A stretch of 64,000 nt of DNA from an uncultured virus (IMG/VR IMGVR_UViG_2795385501_000005) (IMGVR_UViG_2795385501_000005:1-64000), one strand, 5' to 3'; shown: positions 38,772 through 50,876, counted from the first letter of the stretch. The notes: generated from the sequence alone by a model not told the origin. Numbers and translations: made by a program.

Positions 38772-38786
38772 CCGAAGGGATTTGTT

Positions 38787-39585
38787 ATGCCGATTCAGAT
38801 ATTACCGCCACAACTCGCCAACCAAATTGCCGCCGGTGAAGTGGTAGAGCGGCCTGCGTCGGTAGTAAAGGAGTTGGTGGAAAACAGTCTGGATGCTGGT
38901 GCCACGCGAATCGATATTGATATTGAGAAAGGTGGCGCAAAATTAATCCGCATCCGTGATAACGGCTGTGGGATAGCTAAAGACGACTTATCGCTGGCGT
39001 TAGCGCGCCATGCAACCAGTAAAATCAGTTCGTTGGAAGATCTGGAGGCCATTCTCAGCATGGGCTTTCGCGGTGAGGCGTTGGCCAGTATTAGCTCGGT
39101 TTCCCGTTTGATGCTGACCTCGCGTACCGCCGAACAGAACGAAGCCTGGCAGGCTTACGCCGAAGGGCGGGATATGGCGGTGACCATCAAACCCGCCGCC
39201 CATCCGGTAGGCAGTACGCTGGAAGTGCTGGATTTGTTTTATAACACGCCAGCGCGGCGTAAATTTATGCGCACGGAAAAAACCGAATTCGGCCATATTG
39301 ATGAAGTGGTACGCCGCATCGCGTTGGCGCGCTTCGACGTGGCGATTCACCTCACTCACAACGGCAAGCTGGTTCGCCAATATCGAGCGGCCCCAGATCC
39401 TTCGCAGCATGAACGTCGTTTGGCCAGTATTTGCGGCCCGGCCTTCCTGCAACATGCGCTGGCGATTTCATGGCAGCACGGTGATTTGAATATTCGTGGC
39501 TGGGTGGCCGACCCCAGCGCTGCCCGAACGCCTAGCGAGATGCAATATTGCTATGTCAATAATCGCATGATGCTTGATCGGCTGA
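38787..39585 (+). pseudogene. mutL: Host MutL, N-terminal ~265 aa only
   Basis: '[46 protein letters not shown]'; breaks at 'YVNNRMM.DRL'. Confidence 0.95.
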
Positions 39586-40484
39586 ATATCATGTTCTGCC
39601 TGACGAAGCGCGGCTGCGCGGGCTTCAACGGCTTTAATCGCTGAATCCATAGCTAATTTACTGTCATTTGCCATCTTCTCTTTATCGGCTCTATCAGCCT
39701 CATCTTTGGCTAACTTGTCTTTCTCAGCCTGCTCCGCTTCGTCTTTGGCTAACTTTTCTTTTTCTTCGTCGGTCATCTCGTCCTTCGCTGTTTTGGGGTC
39801 TTTCTCGTCGTCTTTGATGAGCTTTTCCACGTCCTCTTCCGCTTTCTTTACAGCTTCAGGGTCGGCATCGTTAGCCATCAGCGGCTTGAAGATGCTCATG
39901 AGTTGTTTGATTTTTGACATCAGTTTGAGTCCTGTAGGTAGTGAGTCATATACAAATACATCCGGGCCAGCCCGGCCACTTGGCACGATTGCCACATGGT
40001 TACAAACGATGTCACGCATAACGCCATCGTATGGTTCGCCCTCGTACTCGCCCGGCGTCATGTCGAGCCGATAACGGTATGAAGATGAGATTTCTCGCTG
40101 CTGTTTGTTCTCTACGCCGATAATGGAATTGATGTCGTAAATGCCCATCGAATTCTTCAGATACGGAGCTTCGTACACTGCGTCAGTGCCAGTCGAACCA
40201 ATAATGTGTTCTTTTGGCGGGTCAATTACCGACACAGCGATGTGAGTGTCTAGAACTGGTTTGTTGTTGAATGTTGGAGCGGCTTTCCTGAGTTCTTCAG
40301 GGTCACGTAGCAACCGGTATGCCTTGTCAGGGTTAAGGCCTAACGCTTCCCAATCGGGTATCTCTTTGCCGTAGTAGACGCAGACGTTAGCCTTGCTGAT
40401 AGGCGTCAGTTCAACATGAAGCATCCCGTCAACGTCATAGCGACGAACGCTCGCCTTATCGAAGGCAAACTTCACATCTTTCAT
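39580..40484 (-). pseudogene. DUF2213 head protein, 3'-truncated at the junction
   Basis: 'TPISKANV..Y.G.EIP..NHVAIV..GRAG.DV.V.D'; no Nudix domain. Confidence 0.85.
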
Positions 40485-40547
40485 GTTCTTTCCTGTTTTT
40501 CGGGCAATAAAAAAGGCCGCCTAAGCGACCTTGTTCGTTTTATATTT

Positions 40548-41345
40548 TCAGAATGGCAATACTGGCTTCCATACACACCCGCAATTAGGCTCTTCACCCG
40601 GCAACACATGCTGCCCTTTGTCACCGATTGGCAGGCCCTTATCTAGGTCGAACTCCTTCCCGTTAGCATGAACGTGCTTCTTGCGGGGTTCGCTACCGCC
40701 GCCACTGTGTAACCAGATGCCTCGCTTAATCCCTGCCGCTTGTTGCCTTGCGTTGGATAGTGCGCTGGTAGCCTTGCGTACCTGGTCACGTGCAATGAAT
40801 TCAGCACGCCTGCGAGTAATACCATGACGCTTGCCAAAGTTAGCTTCCATTTCGTCAGCCAATCCTTTGCGGTCGCCACCCTTGGCTACTGAGCGAAACA
40901 CCATCGATTCCACTTCAGTGAAATACTTCTCAGGAATGGAGCGGATTAACGCCACATTCTCTGAAATGATAGCCTCTCGCTTTTCGAGCATAGCCTCAGT
41001 CCACTGCATGTTAATTGTCATTGAGTCTTTACGGGCAGCAGCAAGTAATGAGCGGTCAACAGCCTCGCCAGTCTTGTTTGTCACTGATTCGGCAGTAGGT
41101 AGCGCCATCTTAATGAAGCGCTCTACCCACTTCCTAGACAGAGCACGCAAAGCACTACGCAACAATTGAACCGGGTTAGCGTCCATCGCCAGTGGGTTAT
41201 CTTCAAATATCGGGACGATTTGTTTCTTAACATCGTCATTCATTTCTCTGATAACAGCCAGTAACTCTCTGCGATACCAAATGATATTACCGGCGTTATA
41301 GTTGACCGCCCGAAGGCTTCTACTCTTCTTCGGTTTCCGGTTCAT
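40548..41345 (-). CDS. MuF-like minor head protein
   Basis: 'RAEFIARDQ..WLHS....PR..H...NG..PGEEPNCGC'. Confidence 0.9.
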   Translation of the reverse strand: MNRKPKKSRSLRAVNYNAGNIIWYRRELLAVIREMNDDVKKQIVPIFEDNPLAMDANPVQLLRSALRALSRKWVERFIKMALPTAESVTNKTGEAVDRSLLAAARKDSMTINMQWTEAMLEKREAIISENVALIRSIPEKYFTEVESMVFRSVAKGGDRKGLADEMEANFGKRHGITRRRAEFIARDQVRKATSALSNARQQAAGIKRGIWLHSGGGSEPRKKHVHANGKEFDLDKGLPIGDKGQHVLPGEEPNCGCVWKPVLPF

Positions 41346-42741
41346 AGTCACCCTTCAGGTTTTCGAATCCTGCACCTTCAATGCTTTTCAGTGCGTCTCG
41401 CGCCTCTTCAGAGTTAATCAGCATGCTATCAGCAGCAGCAACCACGGTTTCAACGCGAGTCTTGTTGGTGTTGGCACGGTCATCATCGCTGACCTCATCA
41501 AGCGGTTTAAACTCGAAGTAGATGTCGGGCTTCAGTTCGCCAAACTCTGAAAGCTGGATAATCTTGAAGATGTTCTCAATGGCTCTGCGATAGTCCAGTT
41601 CTTGCGAGCCGGATATCGTTTCGTGCCACGTCTCAATCTCAGCATCCCCACTGGCATTCAAACCTGCTGGGGCGTTACCAAACATCTTCAGGTTGGTGGT
41701 GCGTGATGGTATGCAGAGTTGCTCTTGGTAATTCGATAGGATGCTTGACAGCTCACTCAGTGATGTCTGCATATGAATCAGATCCTCTTCAGTATCGAGA
41801 GCCCATATACCAAAGTTATCCTGATACTTGGTGAACATTTTAATGCGCTTATCAAATTCACCAGGGATTTCTAACCTAGCATCCATATCCGTCTTCAGCG
41901 CCCGCATTCGAAGAGTTCGAAGAATCTTTATCACGTTCTTCTTCGCATCTCGCCAGTCAACAACGTAATCCTCCATTAACTGCGTCAGCGAAAGACCGCC
42001 GAAGTTATATGATGGTTTTAGAATGTCGGGCACTGGGCGGCTAACGATATCGATGAATCGAGACTCATGCACCGTATCCCCCATCACGAACCATGCTTGG
42101 GGTTTGTAGAAATCTGGCCTAAGCGGTTTGTTTGAGTTGTACATCGCCGGATAAACCCAATTAGGGTCTACGCAACGAAAGCCTTTAAGTGAGCCTTTAG
42201 TTATCTTGCGCGGGTCTAGAAATAGGGGTTTTTCGTTCTCAAGGTCATCGGCGCCAACATCAATAAAGATGTGTGCCACGCCATACTCTGAGTCCTGCCT
42301 TACGGCTTCGTGAATCAAGCGCTTAATGTCGTATTTGGTCAGCGCCTTATCCATTAGGTCGATATCAGGATCACCCTCTTTGGTGCTCTTCACCTCAATC
42401 CAGTTTCGCGTCATCTCGTCAGCCATGATGGTATGCATGTTCGCATACTCAACCTGCTGAGACATTGCCGCCAAAATAGGGTAGCCACGAAAGCCAGAAT
42501 ATTCACCACCAATAAACATGCCGTTGATGACATCGTAAGGCGTGGAGTCCATCGCTAGAGCGGATTCTTCTTTATCTTCTGGAATCACACCTGGTAGCGG
42601 TTCGTAACGCTTAAACTCAGCAAATGGCTTCTCGCCATTCGCAGCAGACGCCGCATCAAGATGCGCATTTGTAATCTTCGCCAGTTCCCGCCGAGGTGCT
42701 TGCACGGCTTGAGCTGTTCGCACAGCCTTCTTTCTTGTCAT
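41320..42741 (-). CDS. Portal protein (DUF1073)
   Basis: '[20 protein letters not shown]'-type motifs. Confidence 0.85.
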   Translation of the reverse strand: MTRKKAVRTAQAVQAPRRELAKITNAHLDAASAANGEKPFAEFKRYEPLPGVIPEDKEESALAMDSTPYDVINGMFIGGEYSGFRGYPILAAMSQQVEYANMHTIMADEMTRNWIEVKSTKEGDPDIDLMDKALTKYDIKRLIHEAVRQDSEYGVAHIFIDVGADDLENEKPLFLDPRKITKGSLKGFRCVDPNWVYPAMYNSNKPLRPDFYKPQAWFVMGDTVHESRFIDIVSRPVPDILKPSYNFGGLSLTQLMEDYVVDWRDAKKNVIKILRTLRMRALKTDMDARLEIPGEFDKRIKMFTKYQDNFGIWALDTEEDLIHMQTSLSELSSILSNYQEQLCIPSRTTNLKMFGNAPAGLNASGDAEIETWHETISGSQELDYRRAIENIFKIIQLSEFGELKPDIYFEFKPLDEVSDDDRANTNKTRVETVVAAADSMLINSEEARDALKSIEGAGFENLKGDYEPETEEE

Positions 42742-44108
42742 TGCAGTATCTCGTCAGGAATGTTGAATGGTTTGTGCGCCGGAGCAAATGCCATGATTAG
42801 CGAGTCCGCCATATTTGGTGACGGTATGCCACGCTTCTTCATGTCTTTCTTGCTCTCAACCTTCACGCGACCGTTATTGTCGTAGTCAACCCATGGGCGT
42901 GACAGCTCAGCCTTGAGGTATTCCAGTTGTTTAATGCCGGAGCTAAGGCTGATTAGCTGATCGTCTGAAAATTGTTTGATGAATTCTTTGTCGTTGGGGT
43001 TGGCTTCGAGGTGCTTAACCACTCGCCATGTATTGAAGAAGCGATCACGGACTCCCCACCATGCCTGAGCCTTGATATTGGAGAACATGTCTTTATTGGT
43101 CTTGCCTTCAGCATATTTAGCATCTGGTTTGAATACGGCAGCACCTGCGTTAAATCCGCTGGACGGTATCGCACAGACGCGCCTCAGGTGAGCTTTTACG
43201 CCTGCACCCACGCCAATGGAGTCGTAAACAATCTCGCTTGCTGTGACGCTTTCTGCGTAGTTTTTGACGCGATCAGATGATGTGATTACATCACCCTTGT
43301 TCCACTGCTGGCAGTCCATGACAACAGAGCCGTGGGCCAGTGTTGTAGCGTTGCTATCCTCGCCTTCATCTGCTACGTCAAAACCGACTCGCTTACGACC
43401 AGAAGGGGCGAAGCCAATCAGTTTATGGGCATCTATAGCGGCAGCAATCCACGATGGCTTGATAATTGCCAAGTCACTGTCGGCAACCGGCTCACCTTCC
43501 CAAATGTGCAGGTAAAGGTCGTAATCACGTTCTTTGCATTCAGCCATTTGCGCAGGGAGCGGTGAGTCATGGAAGTGAGGGTTGTCGTTGTAATTGGCTT
43601 TCAGAACAATCGCCCCAGCAGGAGGCCTGACGATGAAGCGCTGATACGTATCGTCAAGAATGTTCTTCGGGTTAAAGCTCACCCATATCTCTGAGTGTTT
43701 GTCGCCTCGTATGGATGGAATCAGTACATCCCATGAGTCTTTTGTTACCGCCTCGGCCTCTTCTACCCAGCAGATTCCAACGCCCTGTATGGATTTTATT
43801 TTTGTGACGTTGTTTTTAATGCCGGAGAATACGAAGCTAGCACCGGTTGCTAGGTGAATGATTGTGTTTTTCTGGATTTCGAATTCTGTGGAATAACCGA
43901 GACGATCGATAGTCTCACATAGCAATTTGTGGACTGAGTCGCTAATAGAACCCTGAAACTCGCGAGTACACAAAATTACCGTGTTAATGCGTCGTGCAAC
44001 CTCCACGGCAAGTTCCGCAAAGAAATATGACTTCCCACTTCCACGGCCGCCGTAAGCTATTTTGTATGGAGCGCTTTCGGCGAATGGCTTGAAATGTGGA
44101 TTAGCCAT
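42738..44108 (-). CDS. terL: Terminase large subunit, PBSX family
   Basis: '[10 protein letters not shown]', 'WVEEA', 'SFNP', 'SPNMADS'. Confidence 0.95.
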   Translation of the reverse strand: MANPHFKPFAESAPYKIAYGGRGSGKSYFFAELAVEVARRINTVILCTREFQGSISDSVHKLLCETIDRLGYSTEFEIQKNTIIHLATGASFVFSGIKNNVTKIKSIQGVGICWVEEAEAVTKDSWDVLIPSIRGDKHSEIWVSFNPKNILDDTYQRFIVRPPAGAIVLKANYNDNPHFHDSPLPAQMAECKERDYDLYLHIWEGEPVADSDLAIIKPSWIAAAIDAHKLIGFAPSGRKRVGFDVADEGEDSNATTLAHGSVVMDCQQWNKGDVITSSDRVKNYAESVTASEIVYDSIGVGAGVKAHLRRVCAIPSSGFNAGAAVFKPDAKYAEGKTNKDMFSNIKAQAWWGVRDRFFNTWRVVKHLEANPNDKEFIKQFSDDQLISLSSGIKQLEYLKAELSRPWVDYDNNGRVKVESKKDMKKRGIPSPNMADSLIMAFAPAHKPFNIPDEILQ

Positions 44109-44502
44109 CGAAGATGTCCTTAATAGATTTGTGCTCGACCTTAACTCCGCCACTCAGCTCGACAATCACTTTGTCCAGGCCGGTCAACTTGGCCTTGCCC
44201 ATTGTTGCGGCTACGGCTGCTGATGATTGTGGCGTCTCAGCCGCTAAAGCTGATTTCCGAGCCTCTTCCAATTCTCTAATCAAAGAGTCAACAGTGACGT
44301 GATGGCGCTGCTTAATCTCACCCTGCAATTCGGCAATCCTTGCCGTGATCTTGCCGTTGTCTAATGACTCTTTAGCTTTCCGGTTAATGGTCTCAGGTTT
44401 CATCTTGTCAGCAGCATACGCCGTCCGATATGCCTCAGAAGCATTACCCGTTTCGATGTATGCCTGACAGAATGTCTCTTGCTTCTGTGTCAGGCTTGCC
44501 AT
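44101..44502 (-). CDS. terS: Terminase small subunit
   Basis: '[26 protein letters not shown]'. Confidence 0.9.
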   Translation of the reverse strand: MASLTQKQETFCQAYIETGNASEAYRTAYAADKMKPETINRKAKESLDNGKITARIAELQGEIKQRHHVTVDSLIRELEEARKSALAAETPQSSAAVAATMGKAKLTGLDKVIVELSGGVKVEHKSIKDIFDG

Positions 44503-44504
44503 GG

Positions 44505-44735
44505 TTATTTCTCGTCTGAATACTGCGTGATAAAGGTTTCTCTAATAAGTTCGGCTCTAAACTTAGCCCCCCTGATGGATCCGGGTAGAATTTGAGTAAT
44601 GTCTACCCCTGATGCCCCCAAATCTCTTAACGCATCAAGTTCTTCATCAAGCTTCCCAAGCAGCCAATCGCTGGCCTTATCTTGAATTATTTCTGGAACG
44701 ACGCGAGCAAACTCAGTTTTATCGGTCACCATCAT
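44505..44735 (-). CDS. Hypothetical protein
   Basis: RBS; directly upstream of terS. Confidence 0.55.
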   Translation of the reverse strand: MMVTDKTEFARVVPEIIQDKASDWLLGKLDEELDALRDLGASGVDITQILPGSIRGAKFRAELIRETFITQYSDEK

Positions 44736-44811
44736 TTCCTTACTTCAAATTTGAATCCGTGGCCTGCAATAAAGCGAGATAGCAGCCTTGCTACGGCTTG
44801 ACGGAGTTGAC

Positions 44812-47496
44812 CCGTCTCGTTGTTCAACGATCGTTTTAAACGATCAATAGCCGATTATTGATCTGTACAACCAATTTCCATCCCTCTGATTTGACTGTCA
44901 TTCTTTTGCAAAACAAAAAGGATGATGACTATGTGGGCTAAATTTAAAAGTTGGTACATGGCTGCAACAGTGAGCTACTCCACCCTGGCATTGGGGCTAA
45001 CCTTTACAGGGATGGCCTCTTTGGTCGGGATCGCCTATCTGATATATGAGTGCTTTTAGTTAATGGAGAGCCGTTGTGAAAGTGGCTCTCAGTTTTTCTT
45101 TTAGCTGGCAATATCGAGCGTTAACTTCAGTTGCTCCTGCCAGAATTCCACGGTTGCTTCTAGGGCAGGTTTGTCCCAGCGCCAACGTGCCATTTCTCGT
45201 GCACCACCACTTGCTTTTGATTTCCGGTCATCGCGAATTCGGCAGGCCTGGTCATAGTTTTGCTGCTCCGTTAGCTCACCACGCAACAAGCTATCTATAT
45301 GCAAATCACACCAGACAGCGAACCGAGCATCGCACCAACGCGCAAAAGCGACCGATAGCTTTGGATGAAGCCATGTACCACCTCCGCGATCCTTTCTCGC
45401 CTTACTGGTTTTTACATACCTGCATTTCGAGGGATGTAGAATTTCAGACTCCACACCAGTCATTGCCTCATCCAGCGCCCGGATGTATTCAAGCGTTTCA
45501 AATCAGCCTCATCCAGTTGTCGATGCGCTTACCAAATTTCTCAGCAACGTCAGTGACGTTTACCCAACCTTCAGTGTTAAAGCGTACTGATTCGCCTTTA
45601 TAGCTAAGAGGGATAATGTTCATTCGGATATACCTTTTAGTGATGAACCTTGTTCGCACAGGAATACGGCCCTCAGAAGGCTCCGACAGCCAGCCGGTTC
45701 CTCAAGGGTCATCCTGAAAGGTTCTGAGTGATTTGCGCTGCGATGCGCTGGATTTACTGCATAAAAAAAGCCCGACCTAAGTCGAGCCTTTTGTGTTTTT
45801 TTGCCTAACAAGCCTACGAAACGGCCATTTCAATCAAATCTGTGAAGTCCAAGCACATGTCTAGCCTGTGTCCGTGATCATCCACGAAGTTATATTTCTT
45901 AAAGTGTTCGATCATCTCTTTGGCACTTTTGCCACTTAAAGGAGATTTATCAATTGATTCGTCAACCTGTTTCATCTTCAAACCTTCATTCAGTTGGTTA
46001 CGATAGTGCAAGTTCCACTTTGGAAATTGCTTTTCTAGGAGGCGGTATTTATCAATATTCGAGAGTCCCGGCCTCCATTCACACGTCATTAATGAACGCA
46101 CCGTCTAAGGGGCAGTATTTTGATGCGCATATCAAAAAAGCTGGCTACCCTTACCGCAAAGTTGGGTGATTAATTCAGCGGGGATGCTGTCCCCACCTTC
46201 TCTTACCTCGCAAGACAAACGTTATTGATATACGCCTGCAAGCCGTTTATTTGGCTGGTTGCAATTCCGATTCGCTCGCGGAGACTGAGATAATCCCGTT
46301 CAGCGGCGTTAGTAAGTCTGGCGCTGGCATCATCAACGCTGCTGGAGGTGGCTGTGGCTTCGGGCAATCGCTTACAGCTGGCGTTGAGCTGCAACCGCTT
46401 AGCACCAGTAGCGATATCAGCACGAAGGCGCTCGTTCTCAGATTTGGCATCTGCCAGTTCCTTGGTGTATTTGATATCGATAGCAGCAACCTGCTGGCGC
46501 TGAATTAGCATCGTGTCAATGGCTGACTGTCTGCTGTTGGCTATCTGGGTAATGTCAGAGACGTCGCGCTGTAGCCTGGTTACTTGCCCGTGGTAATACA
46601 TCAGGCCGAATAGCAGAGCCACCGTTACAGCGATGAGTATTGCCGTTACGCGACTCATGACAGGAAAAGCTCACGCTCAGCCGCCCGGCGATTAGTCAGG
46701 CCTTTCATTTCTTTCCCACCTGCTTTATTCCATTTCAGGAATTCATCCGCAGCGCCCTTTGCATCACCCGCGTTTACCTTTTTCATCAGCGTCGATGTGC
46801 TGAGCGCTCGGGTTCCGATGTTGTAGGCCAGCGATACCAAGGCGTCGAATTGATTCTGGGTTACGCCGATTTTGAGCATCTGGTTAACGCCCTGCTCGAA
46901 CTGGACAACTCCGCATTTCAGCAACCGGTCGGCGGTAGGCTGATCGATAGTCATGCCGCGAACCACGGGCTTACCATCTACTGGATGAGTCCAGCCGTAA
47001 CCAATTGTCCAGGGAGCGCCGCCGGTGCCAGGGTCTGGATATGCCGTCAATTTGCAGCCTTCGAATTGTTTTATTAGATTGATTCCGGTGCTACTGATTT
47101 GCATTGTCAGCCCCTGTCTTATTGCCAACGATGCGCTTTAGCACCGAACCAATGTAATCCGTACCCATGTACCCAATGAACACGCTGGCAATTAATGACC
47201 AGTCAGGGTTCAGCCCGGCTATAACCAATACATCTTTGATAAACCATGCCATCACTGAGCACATGGCCGCATCAAGCATACGTTGCGTTTTACCTCCTCC
47301 GGCATACCAGCCACGCAAGTAAGCCATCAACGCAGCCAGTGCCGCGCTAAGTAACTCACCCCGGTGGTCTGCTATCCAGGCAATGATGAGCATCCATACA
47401 TCCGGTGATTTCAACATTTTCATGACCCACCCCCCGTTTGGGGAAAATCTTCCCCGGCATTTGGTCGGGTGCTGTTGTGTAGGGAATAGCTCGCCG
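44812..47496. repeat. Lysis-region block, copy 2 (TM peptide 44931-45059, KTSC 45954-46169, Rz/Rz1 46203-46658, endolysin 46655-47104, holin 47091-47423)
   Basis: Near-identical to 23783-26466. Confidence 0.95.
45101..45623 (-). pseudogene. KilA-N protein copy, frameshifted near 45500
   Basis: TTTCAAATCAGCC here versus TTTCAGCTAGCC in copy 1 (+1 nt). Confidence 0.75.
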
Positions 47497-47497
47497 G

Positions 47498-48616
47498 GGC
47501 GAAGTCATTGCCGCCGCTGCTGATGCCCTGAAGAAAAGCGCCAACCTTTCTGATGTTACTAATGCCTCAAAGTCCCTATCAAATATTGGTGGGTTTGCAT
47601 CTAAAGGAGATCTTGGGACAATTAATTTAAATGCGCTGGGTGATAGGGCAACCTCTGCGGGTGTGTGGTACCAACCCACCGACATATTGGCAACCTCGGC
47701 GGCGAATTATCCGATTCAATCATCTGGAACACTGCTTGTCACGCAATCAGCTTATGGATGCCAGCAAGAGTATACAGCCTACTCTGGTCGTAAATTTGTT
47801 CGTGGATTATCTAGTGCATGGACTGGATCAGGGCCATGGGCATCATGGGTTGAGTTTTACGGGCCCAATAACAAACCAACCTCCAATGACATTGGTTCTC
47901 TTGCTAAAATCAGTAATCTCTCTGATGTTACAAATCCATCTTTGTCCCTGACAAATATTGGTGGTCTTGCCAAAATCAGTAATCTCTCGGATATTGCAAA
48001 TCCATCTTTGGCGCTGTCAAATCTTAGTGGATTCCCTATTAAAGGGTCTTTGGGTACTTCAGATTTAAATGGTTTTGGTAATATTACGTCAAGCGTGGGT
48101 GTTTGGTATCAATCCGTCGATTCTCAAGCAACTCCTGGTAGGCACTACCCGGCAAATACAAGTGGAACACTGCTTGTCACGCAATCAGCTTATGGATGCC
48201 AGCAAGAGTATACGACGTACTCAGGACTGAAGTTTGTCCGTGGTCTGACCGCTGAGTGGAATGGGGCGGGCCCATGGTCAGAATGGAAACAAATCTCAGC
48301 ACAACAGCCGAAAACAGTAACCACCAGAGATTATATTCGCATACCTGATGTTCCTGGTGGATTGATCATTCAATGGTTTGCTGGCCCATCCTCTACTGGT
48401 GAGAGCACCATGGGTCCACTCTCGTTCCCTATAGCATTCCCAACTGCTTGCGTGTTCTCCAGCGTGTCCACTCTGGGGAATGGTACGGGGTCATGCGACC
48501 AAATGTTTCAAGTGACATCAACCAACTTAAATTCTATTACCCTATTCTCACAAGTATTTGGTTCTGGGTCAGTTCCTGGAACAGCTAATCCACTTGTTTT
48601 TGCTATCGGATATTGA
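47498..48616 (+). CDS. Tail fibre variable C-terminal segment (no start codon) with two knob-like repeats
   Basis: Frame reads GEVIAAAADALKKSANLSD from the junction; 'SGTLLVTQSAYGCQQEYT' twice; gp53-like end. Confidence 0.85.
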   Translation, partial: GEVIAAAADALKKSANLSDVTNASKSLSNIGGFASKGDLGTINLNALGDRATSAGVWYQPTDILATSAANYPIQSSGTLLVTQSAYGCQQEYTAYSGRKFVRGLSSAWTGSGPWASWVEFYGPNNKPTSNDIGSLAKISNLSDVTNPSLSLTNIGGLAKISNLSDIANPSLALSNLSGFPIKGSLGTSDLNGFGNITSSVGVWYQSVDSQATPGRHYPANTSGTLLVTQSAYGCQQEYTTYSGLKFVRGLTAEWNGAGPWSEWKQISAQQPKTVTTRDYIRIPDVPGGLIIQWFAGPSSTGESTMGPLSFPIAFPTACVFSSVSTLGNGTGSCDQMFQVTSTNLNSITLFSQVFGSGSVPGTANPLVFAIGY

Positions 48617-48626
48617 GGGAAATGCA

Positions 48627-49049
48627 ATGGTATATTACAGCGCTAATTTAAATGGATTCATACCTGCAGCATGGAAAGATGATGGTACATATAACAAGAA
48701 AACCTGGCCAAGTGATGCTGTTTTACTTTCTGATGAGGAATCTAATGAATACTGGAAAACTACTCCACCAGATAGGAAGACCATAGGGTCATTAAATGGA
48801 CGGCCAGTATGGGTTGATATACCACCGCCTTCACCTGAAGAATTGATATATCGCGCTGTCCAGAAAAAAAAGGCATTAAGGGAGGCGGCTGATTCTGAAA
48901 TTGCCTGGCGGCAGGATGCTGTTGATATGGGAGATGCGACAGAAAAAGAAAAGGCTGACCTCACAGAGTGGAGAAAATATCGAGTTTTGCTGATGCGTGT
49001 TGACGTTTCAACTGCGCCAAATATCGAGTGGCCACTAAAGCCTGAGTGA
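48627..49049 (+). CDS. Tail fibre assembly chaperone
   Basis: 'ADSEIAWRQDAVD..WRKYRVLLMRVD..IEWP'. Confidence 0.9.
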   Translation: MVYYSANLNGFIPAAWKDDGTYNKKTWPSDAVLLSDEESNEYWKTTPPDRKTIGSLNGRPVWVDIPPPSPEELIYRAVQKKKALREAADSEIAWRQDAVDMGDATEKEKADLTEWRKYRVLLMRVDVSTAPNIEWPLKPE

Positions 49050-49086
49050 TTTTTTATAGGCCACGAACGATGCGGCCTATAAAGAT

Positions 49087-49587
49087 TTAACGAAATTCTG
49101 GCGGCCACACCGGCACCACGTAGCCATTATTCACCGCTTCCGTCAGTAGCCAGCGGGATTTATCCAGCCCGGCAATCACTGGCAACTCAATCAGCGGCCA
49201 GCTCGCCAGCGTCGGCCACTGTTTGAACGCTAAACGAGTGGCGATTAGCTCGCTGCGCTGCTCTTCCGTCAGCGGTACGTCGTCAATAGAATAATCACTG
49301 ACCATCATGGGATCGGTGGCTTGAATGAAAGCATCGCGATAGCGGCGAGCACGGGCGGCCAATTCATCATCGGTAGGGACATAAACGGGAATATCCTCCC
49401 AAACTGGCTGGCCTTGCTTTCCGGCTATTCTGGTTTTACCGGCTGGCGAAGCACAGGCAAAAAACGTCTGATAAGTCTCGTCCGTTATTTTAACGGCATC
49501 CTCCGGCCAACTTTGCGCAGCCTGATATTCCGTTTTTAACGATTCTGGATAAGCGGCATTATTCGCTGGGCTGTAGAAATAATTCAT
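49087..49587 (-). CDS. Tail fibre assembly chaperone (inverted allele)
   Basis: 'YFYSP..NA.YP......Y......WP.DAV..G.P.W.DIP'. Confidence 0.85.
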   Translation of the reverse strand: MNYFYSPANNAAYPESLKTEYQAAQSWPEDAVKITDETYQTFFACASPAGKTRIAGKQGQPVWEDIPVYVPTDDELAARARRYRDAFIQATDPMMVSDYSIDDVPLTEEQRSELIATRLAFKQWPTLASWPLIELPVIAGLDKSRWLLTEAVNNGYVVPVWPPEFR

Positions 49588-49598
49588 TTAAACCTCAC

Positions 49599-49972
49599 TT
49601 AATAACCAATAACGCGCCACATAACTCTTTGCGCTGTAGGGATGTTTTCCCCGCTTTTCTTGCTCAGTGGGATCGCTGCCCATGTTCTTGCTAACATATC
49701 CGCAGCGAGCGTTTTTCCTATTATCGAAATATCGGTGATGCCGTGGAGTGTCACACTCATATTTAAAACTTTATTGGGGAACGCTATTGGGAAAAAAGCG
49801 TCAGCATAAAAAAACTGGTCATTTGATCTGGAAAAGGATGATTCTCCCCATTGTTCAATTAAACCATCGGGTCGCTTCATCCAGCCTGTTGAGGTCATTG
49901 AGCTGGTAAAACTCCACATATCCGGTATCTGATTAATCCCAGTGCCGACATCTCGCTTAGCCGCTTCTTTTT
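49599..49972 (-). CDS. Tail fibre variable C-terminal segment (inverted allele, no start codon)
   Basis: 'KEAAKRDVGTG.NQIPDM..GW...PDGLIEQWG..FPIAFP..IGY'. Confidence 0.85.
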
Positions 49973-50038
49973 GGGCGTAGGTTTCACCCTTGTTAAGCAT
50001 CAAGAAGCAATACACGCATACGGATTGCGGTAACTGAG

Positions 50039-50710
50039 TCATGCCTGCTCCCCTTGAATCTGGATAACTGTTAACTCACGCCCAAATACCGCACCAGTGT
50101 CGATATAGAATTGGTTTTTAAATTGGCTGGGTTTACTCATTGGCGTATGGCCGAAGATAAACTGCTTTGCCCCAGTTATTTCTGCACCTAAACCATCCAT
50201 AGCGTCACCCACGCGATCCCGATTCCAAATAACAAGCTCCTCACTAACCGGCTTTCCGTAATAATATTCATTGCCAGGGTAGTCGGCGTGGGCCACTACA
50301 TATTTACCGCTGTCAGTTGTCACTTCGATCACCAGCGGCAGCGCAGCGGCCTGATTAATTAAGCTGGTTGCCAATAGTTTTTGGTCGGGGTCGAGACAGA
50401 AAAACCACATTCCGCCGTTAGCTACCCAGCATTCAGCCATTCCATATTTTCCATCCAGTGCATCAATCGCCATTTGCTCATGATTGCCACGAACCGCACG
50501 AAACCAAGGCTGCGTTATCAGGTCGAGGCATTCGACGTTCTGTGAACCTCGGTCAATCAGGTCGCCTACGGATATCAGCAAGTCTTTGCTCTCATCGAAA
50601 TCTACTGAGAGTAATTTCTCATCGAGCTTATTCAGGCAGCCGTGGATATCACCAACGACAAATATTCGTCGGTAATCGGCCCCGTTAATCTTTTGGTAAA
50701 TATCAGGCAT
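50039..50710 (-). CDS. ninI: Ser/Thr protein phosphatase (lambda NinI-like)
   Basis: GDIHG, GDLIDRG, RGNHE, FGHTP, IDTG metallophosphoesterase motifs. Confidence 0.95.
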   Translation of the reverse strand: MPDIYQKINGADYRRIFVVGDIHGCLNKLDEKLLSVDFDESKDLLISVGDLIDRGSQNVECLDLITQPWFRAVRGNHEQMAIDALDGKYGMAECWVANGGMWFFCLDPDQKLLATSLINQAAALPLVIEVTTDSGKYVVAHADYPGNEYYYGKPVSEELVIWNRDRVGDAMDGLGAEITGAKQFIFGHTPMSKPSQFKNQFYIDTGAVFGRELTVIQIQGEQA

Positions 50711-50876
50711 TCTTTCTACTCCTGAGTCTTAGCCAGCGTTTAGCTAATAACGGATAGATAGCGTCATATGTGGGTATTTCGCTGGCGGGGATTGGGGGTT
50801 TAGGTTTGGTTCGGGATGTCTTGCGGAAGATAAGATTGTCTAGGGCGAAAACTATGCTGCTTTGCCTTTGTCGCAT
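50703..50876 (-). CDS. ninE: NinE-like protein
   Basis: 'MRQRQSSI..ALDNLIF....R.K.KP.IPASEIPTYD'. Confidence 0.75.
   Translation of the reverse strand: MRQRQSSIVFALDNLIFRKTSRTKPKPPIPASEIPTYDAIYPLLAKRWLRLRSRKNA

Larger units (their letters stand above)
39580..47496 (-). mobile_element. Prophage B head and lysis segment
   Basis: terS-terL-portal-MuF-DUF2213, distinct from phage A, joined to the shared lysis block. Confidence 0.9.

Noticed and set aside
39468..39644. Novel C-termini on MutL (285 aa) and DUF2213 (338 aa)
   Set aside because: Each is antisense read-through into the other gene past the junction
49599..50042. 147-aa ORF as one real protein
   Set aside because: Chimera of a small nin gene start (MTQLPQSVC, also at ~27957) and a tail-fibre tip across the ~49972 junction
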